Assembly (NCBI GenBank): GCA_905331295.1
Contig: CAJNYD010000003.1
Location: 155,046-211,327, forward strand
DNA length: 56,282 nucleotides
DNA from: Rotaria socialis
Lineage: Eukaryota
Direction of reading: 5' to 3'
Made by a program: the position numbers and the translations under genes. Shown in pieces: positions 52,570-56,282 of the stretch. Under the pieces are notes generated by a model. That model was not told the DNA's origin. It did no database searches and saw only the letters and a program-made list of their open reading frames with translations. Position 1 is the first letter of the stretch; every line of letters starts with the position of its first letter.

Positions 52570-55500
52570 CACCGTCTTCCAGCTTTCATGAGACCCACAT
52601 TAGGTATACTTTATACGCGTGTAAACCAGTTACTCGGCTTTCATGCCACCCCCCTTTGAGACCCTGCATATGTGTGAGACGATTTATTCGCCATTTCATG
52701 CCACGCAACCTTCAGATACTCTACACGAGTGCAGAGGGGGTAGCTGGCCATTCGTGACACCCACACCTACGATACTGTACATGAGGGCAGAGTAGGTGCT
52801 CGGCCTCTCCCGACACCCACGCCGGAGATCGTGTATATCTGCGAGACGATTTATTCGCCCTTTCATGCTACGCACCCTTGCGATACTCTACATGAGTGCA
52901 GAGGGGGTAGCCGACCATTCGCGACACCCACACCTAAGATACTGTATATGAGGGCAGAGCAGGTGCTCGGCGTTTCGCGACACCCACAGCTGAAGGGTGG
53001 TCCCTTTTCGTCTTCATTTTTTTTACGGACATCGGTCGGAGAAGTCCATTCCGAACTTTAGTTTCCGGATGTTCGGAATGAAAACGCCGGAAGGTCGGAA
53101 TGAAAGAGACCGGGTGCTCGGAATGAAAGTCGTCTAGATGTTCGGAACGGAAAATAAAGGATGTTCGGAACCTAAAATGACAGATGTTCGAGACAAAAAG
53201 TGACCGATGTTCGGAACGAAAAAATACAGGATGTTCGGAAGAGAAAATAACTTTTTTATAACATGGTTTATTTTCTTTTATTTCCTAGCATAGTCTTTCA
53301 CAAAACAAAGCATAAGACAACAAAAGTTTATACAAGTGAGAGAATAAATAACTTCTGTAAGAAAAATATTTTATGTCTAATGTTTTTTTGCAGCATCTCT
53401 TGTTTTTTTCCTTTTGGATTTTGTTTAATATTGGCATCATCTGTTTTGTCTACTTTTTCTTTCACTTATTGAACTGCTGGCTGAACATTTATGAGAATTA
53501 TTAGAAAATTTTTTGTTACTAGCACCTACCCTTTATAAAACACATAAGTTTATAGCTTTACTACTCATTCCAACTATAAAACACACACCAGAATTCATTT
53601 CCAACATTCAGTATTTTTTCGTTCCGAACATCGGCCATTTTTTATTCCGAAACTCTATCAGTCTTTGTTCCGAACATCCTGTATTTTTTCGTTCCGAACA
53701 TCTGGACCGTTTTTCACTCCGTACACCCGGAGAATCGATTTTACTTTTTATAACCGACTTCGAACATCCGGTCAAATAACATGATGCCCGGATGAGTGAG
53801 CACAAAAAGGAACGCACCCCAGCTGAGGCACTCCATTCATGTGGGACGATTTATTCGGCTTTTCGTTCCACGCAACCTTCAGATACAGTATACGAAGACA
53901 GAGCAGGTGCTCGGCTTCTCCCGACACCCACGCCGGAGATCGTGTATATCTGCGAGACAATTTATTCGTCCTTTCATGACAAGCACCCTTGACATACTCT
54001 ACAGGAGTGCACAGGAGGTAACTGGCCATTCACGACACCCACACCTAAGACACTGTATTTGTGTGAGACGATTCATTCACCCTTTCATGCCACGCACCAT
54101 TGAGATACTGTACATGACTACAGAGGAGGTGCTCGGCTTCTCGCGACACCCATAGCCGAGATACTGCATTTGTGTGAGACGATTCATTCACCCTTTCATG
54201 CCACGCACCCTTGAGATACTCTACATGAGTGCAGAGGAGGTAACTGGCCATTCACGACACCCACACCTAAGATACTGTATATGAGTGAGAGGAGGTGCGC
54301 GACTTCTCGCGACAACCACAGCCCAGATACTGCATTTGTGTGAGACGATTGGTTTGCCCTTTCATGCCACGCACCCTTGAGATACTGTACATGACTGCAG
54401 AGGAGGTCAAAAGACATTCACCACACCCACACCTAAGATACTGAATATGNGAGGAGGTGCTCGACCTTTCGCGACTCCCACTCACGTAATACTGCATTTG
54501 TGTGAGACGATTCATTTGCCCTTTCATGCCACGCACCCTTGAGATACTCTGCATCAGTGCGGAGGAGGTAGCCGGCCATTCACGACACCCACACCTAAGA
54601 TACTGTATTTGAGTGAGAGGAGGTGCTCGACTTTTCGCGACACCCGCGCTGGAGATCGTGTATATCTGCGAGCCGATTTATTCGCCCTTTCATGACAAGC
54701 ACCCTTTAGATACTCGACATGATTGCAGAGGAGGTAACTGGCCATTCATGACACCCACACCTAAGATCCTGTATATGAGTGACAGGAGGTGCGCGACCTT
54801 TCGCGACACGCACTCATCAGATACCCCATTTGTGTGAGACGATTCATTCACCCTTTGATGCCACACACCCTTGAGATACTCTACATGAGTGCAGAGGAGG
54901 TAACTGGCCATTCACGACACCCACACCTAAGATACTGTATAGATCTGNATACTGTATATGAGTGAGAGGAGGTGCTCGACCTTTCGCGACTCCCACTCAC
55001 GTAATACTGCATTTGTGTGAGACGATTCATTTGCCCTTTCATGCCACGCACCCTTGAGATACTGTACATGACTGCAGAGGAGGTGCTCAGTCGTTCGCGA
55101 CACCCATAGCCGAGATACTGCATTTGTGTGAGACGATTCATTCACCCTTTCATGCCACGCACCCTTGAGATACTATACGTGAGTGCAGAGGAGGTAACTG
55201 GCCATTCACGACACCCACACCTAAGATACTGTATATGAGTGAGAGGAGGTGCTCGACCTTTCGCGACTCCCACTCAAGTAATACTGCATTTGTGTGAGAC
55301 GATTCATTTGCCCTTTCATGTCACGAGAACGGAAGAGCACAAGACTGNNNNNNNNNNNNNNNNNNNNNNNNNNNNNNNNNNNNNNNNNNNNNNNNNNNNN
55401 NNNNNNNNNNNNNNNNNNNNNNNNNNNNNNNNNNNNNNNNNNNNNNNNNNCTTGAGATACTGTACATGACTGCAGAGGAGGTGCTCAGTCGTTCGCGACA

Positions 55501-56282
55501 CCCATAGCCGAGATACTGCATTTGTGTGAGACGATTCATTCACCCTTTCATGCCACGCACCCTTGAGATACTATACTTGAGTGCAGAGGAGGTAACTGGC
55601 CATTCACGACACCCACACCTAAGATACTGTATTTGAGTGAGAGGAGGTGCTCGACCTTTCGCGACTCCCACTCAAGTAATACTGCATTTGTGTGAGACGA
55701 TTCATTTGCCCTTTCATGCCACGCACCCTTGAGATACTCTGCATCAGTGCGCAGGAGGTAGCCGGCCATTCACGACACCCACACCTAAGATACTGTATTT
55801 GAGTGAGAGGAGGTGCTCGACTTTTCGCGACACCCGCGCTGGAGATCGTGTATATCTGCGAGCCGATTTATTCGCCCTTTCATGACAAGCACCCTTTAGA
55901 TACTCGACATGATTGCAGAGGAGGTAACTGGCCATTCATGACACCCACACCTAAGATCCTGTATATGAGTGACAGGAGGTGCGCGACCTTTCGCGACACG
56001 CACTCATCAGATACCCCATTTGTGTGAGACGATTCATTCACCCTTTGATGCCACACACCCTTGACATACTCTACATGAGTGCAGAGGAGGTAACTGGCCA
56101 TTCACGACACCCACACCTAAGATACTGTATTTGAGTGAGAGGAGGTGCGCGACTTTTCGCGACACCCACGCCGGAGATCGTCTATATCTGCGAGCTGATT
56201 TATTCGCCCTTTCACGACAAGCACCCTTGAGATACTCTACATGAGTGCAGAGGAGGTAACTGGCCAATCACTACACCCACAC
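52570..56282. repeat. Satellite of ~55-56-bp monomers in ~166-bp higher-order units containing ACACCCACAC
   Basis: Three related monomers (gacacccacacctaagatactg..., gactcccactcaagtaatactg..., gccacgcacccttgagatactc...) recur to the end of the window. Confidence 0.93.
52995..53819. mobile_element. Fold-back/MULE-like non-autonomous element inserted in the satellite
   Basis: Termini GGGTGGTCCCTTTT / AAAAGGAACGCACCC, flanks cagctgaa / cagctgag, and long arms of gatgttcggaa / ttccgaacatc subrepeats around an AT-rich centre. Confidence 0.8.

Noticed and set aside
54790..54830. Hammerhead-like CTGATGA...GAAA on the minus strand of the satellite (also ~55985-56015)
   Set aside because: Helices I and III cannot form convincingly, and the motif is absent from the other satellite units.
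53772..56267. Many short repeated ORFs (MASYLLC..., MRGGAR...)
   Set aside because: They are translations of satellite DNA with no consistent frame between units.

Overview
This is an AT-rich eukaryotic scaffold with short (~50-60 nt) GT-AG introns and (TGTGGG)n-type repeats, most consistent with a bdelloid rotifer (inferred, not proven). It has three zones. (1) 1-13.4 kb: a secreted Cys-rich gene, an intron-containing tRNA-Tyr, an ankyrin gene, a microprotein candidate and a transposon-disrupted ACSF3 pseudogene. (2) 13.5-38 kb: a compact core with a PAN2 gene that stops after its WD40+linker region, LSM1, an EF-hand type II NADH dehydrogenase (with an apparent 1-nt frameshift), RPB2 with two H/ACA-like RNAs in one intron, an Ig/DPR-like gene, a GPCR pseudogene, tRNA-Pro, RPL35 and spartin. 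(3) 39-56 kb: a subtelomere-like zone of nested DNA transposons/MITEs, two inverted hammerhead-bearing repeats and a ~166-bp satellite. The most unusual signal is a family of tiny palindromes made of head-to-head telomeric repeats around a shared core, which sit at broken genes and rearrangement junctions. All calls come from manual reading; no database searches were run.
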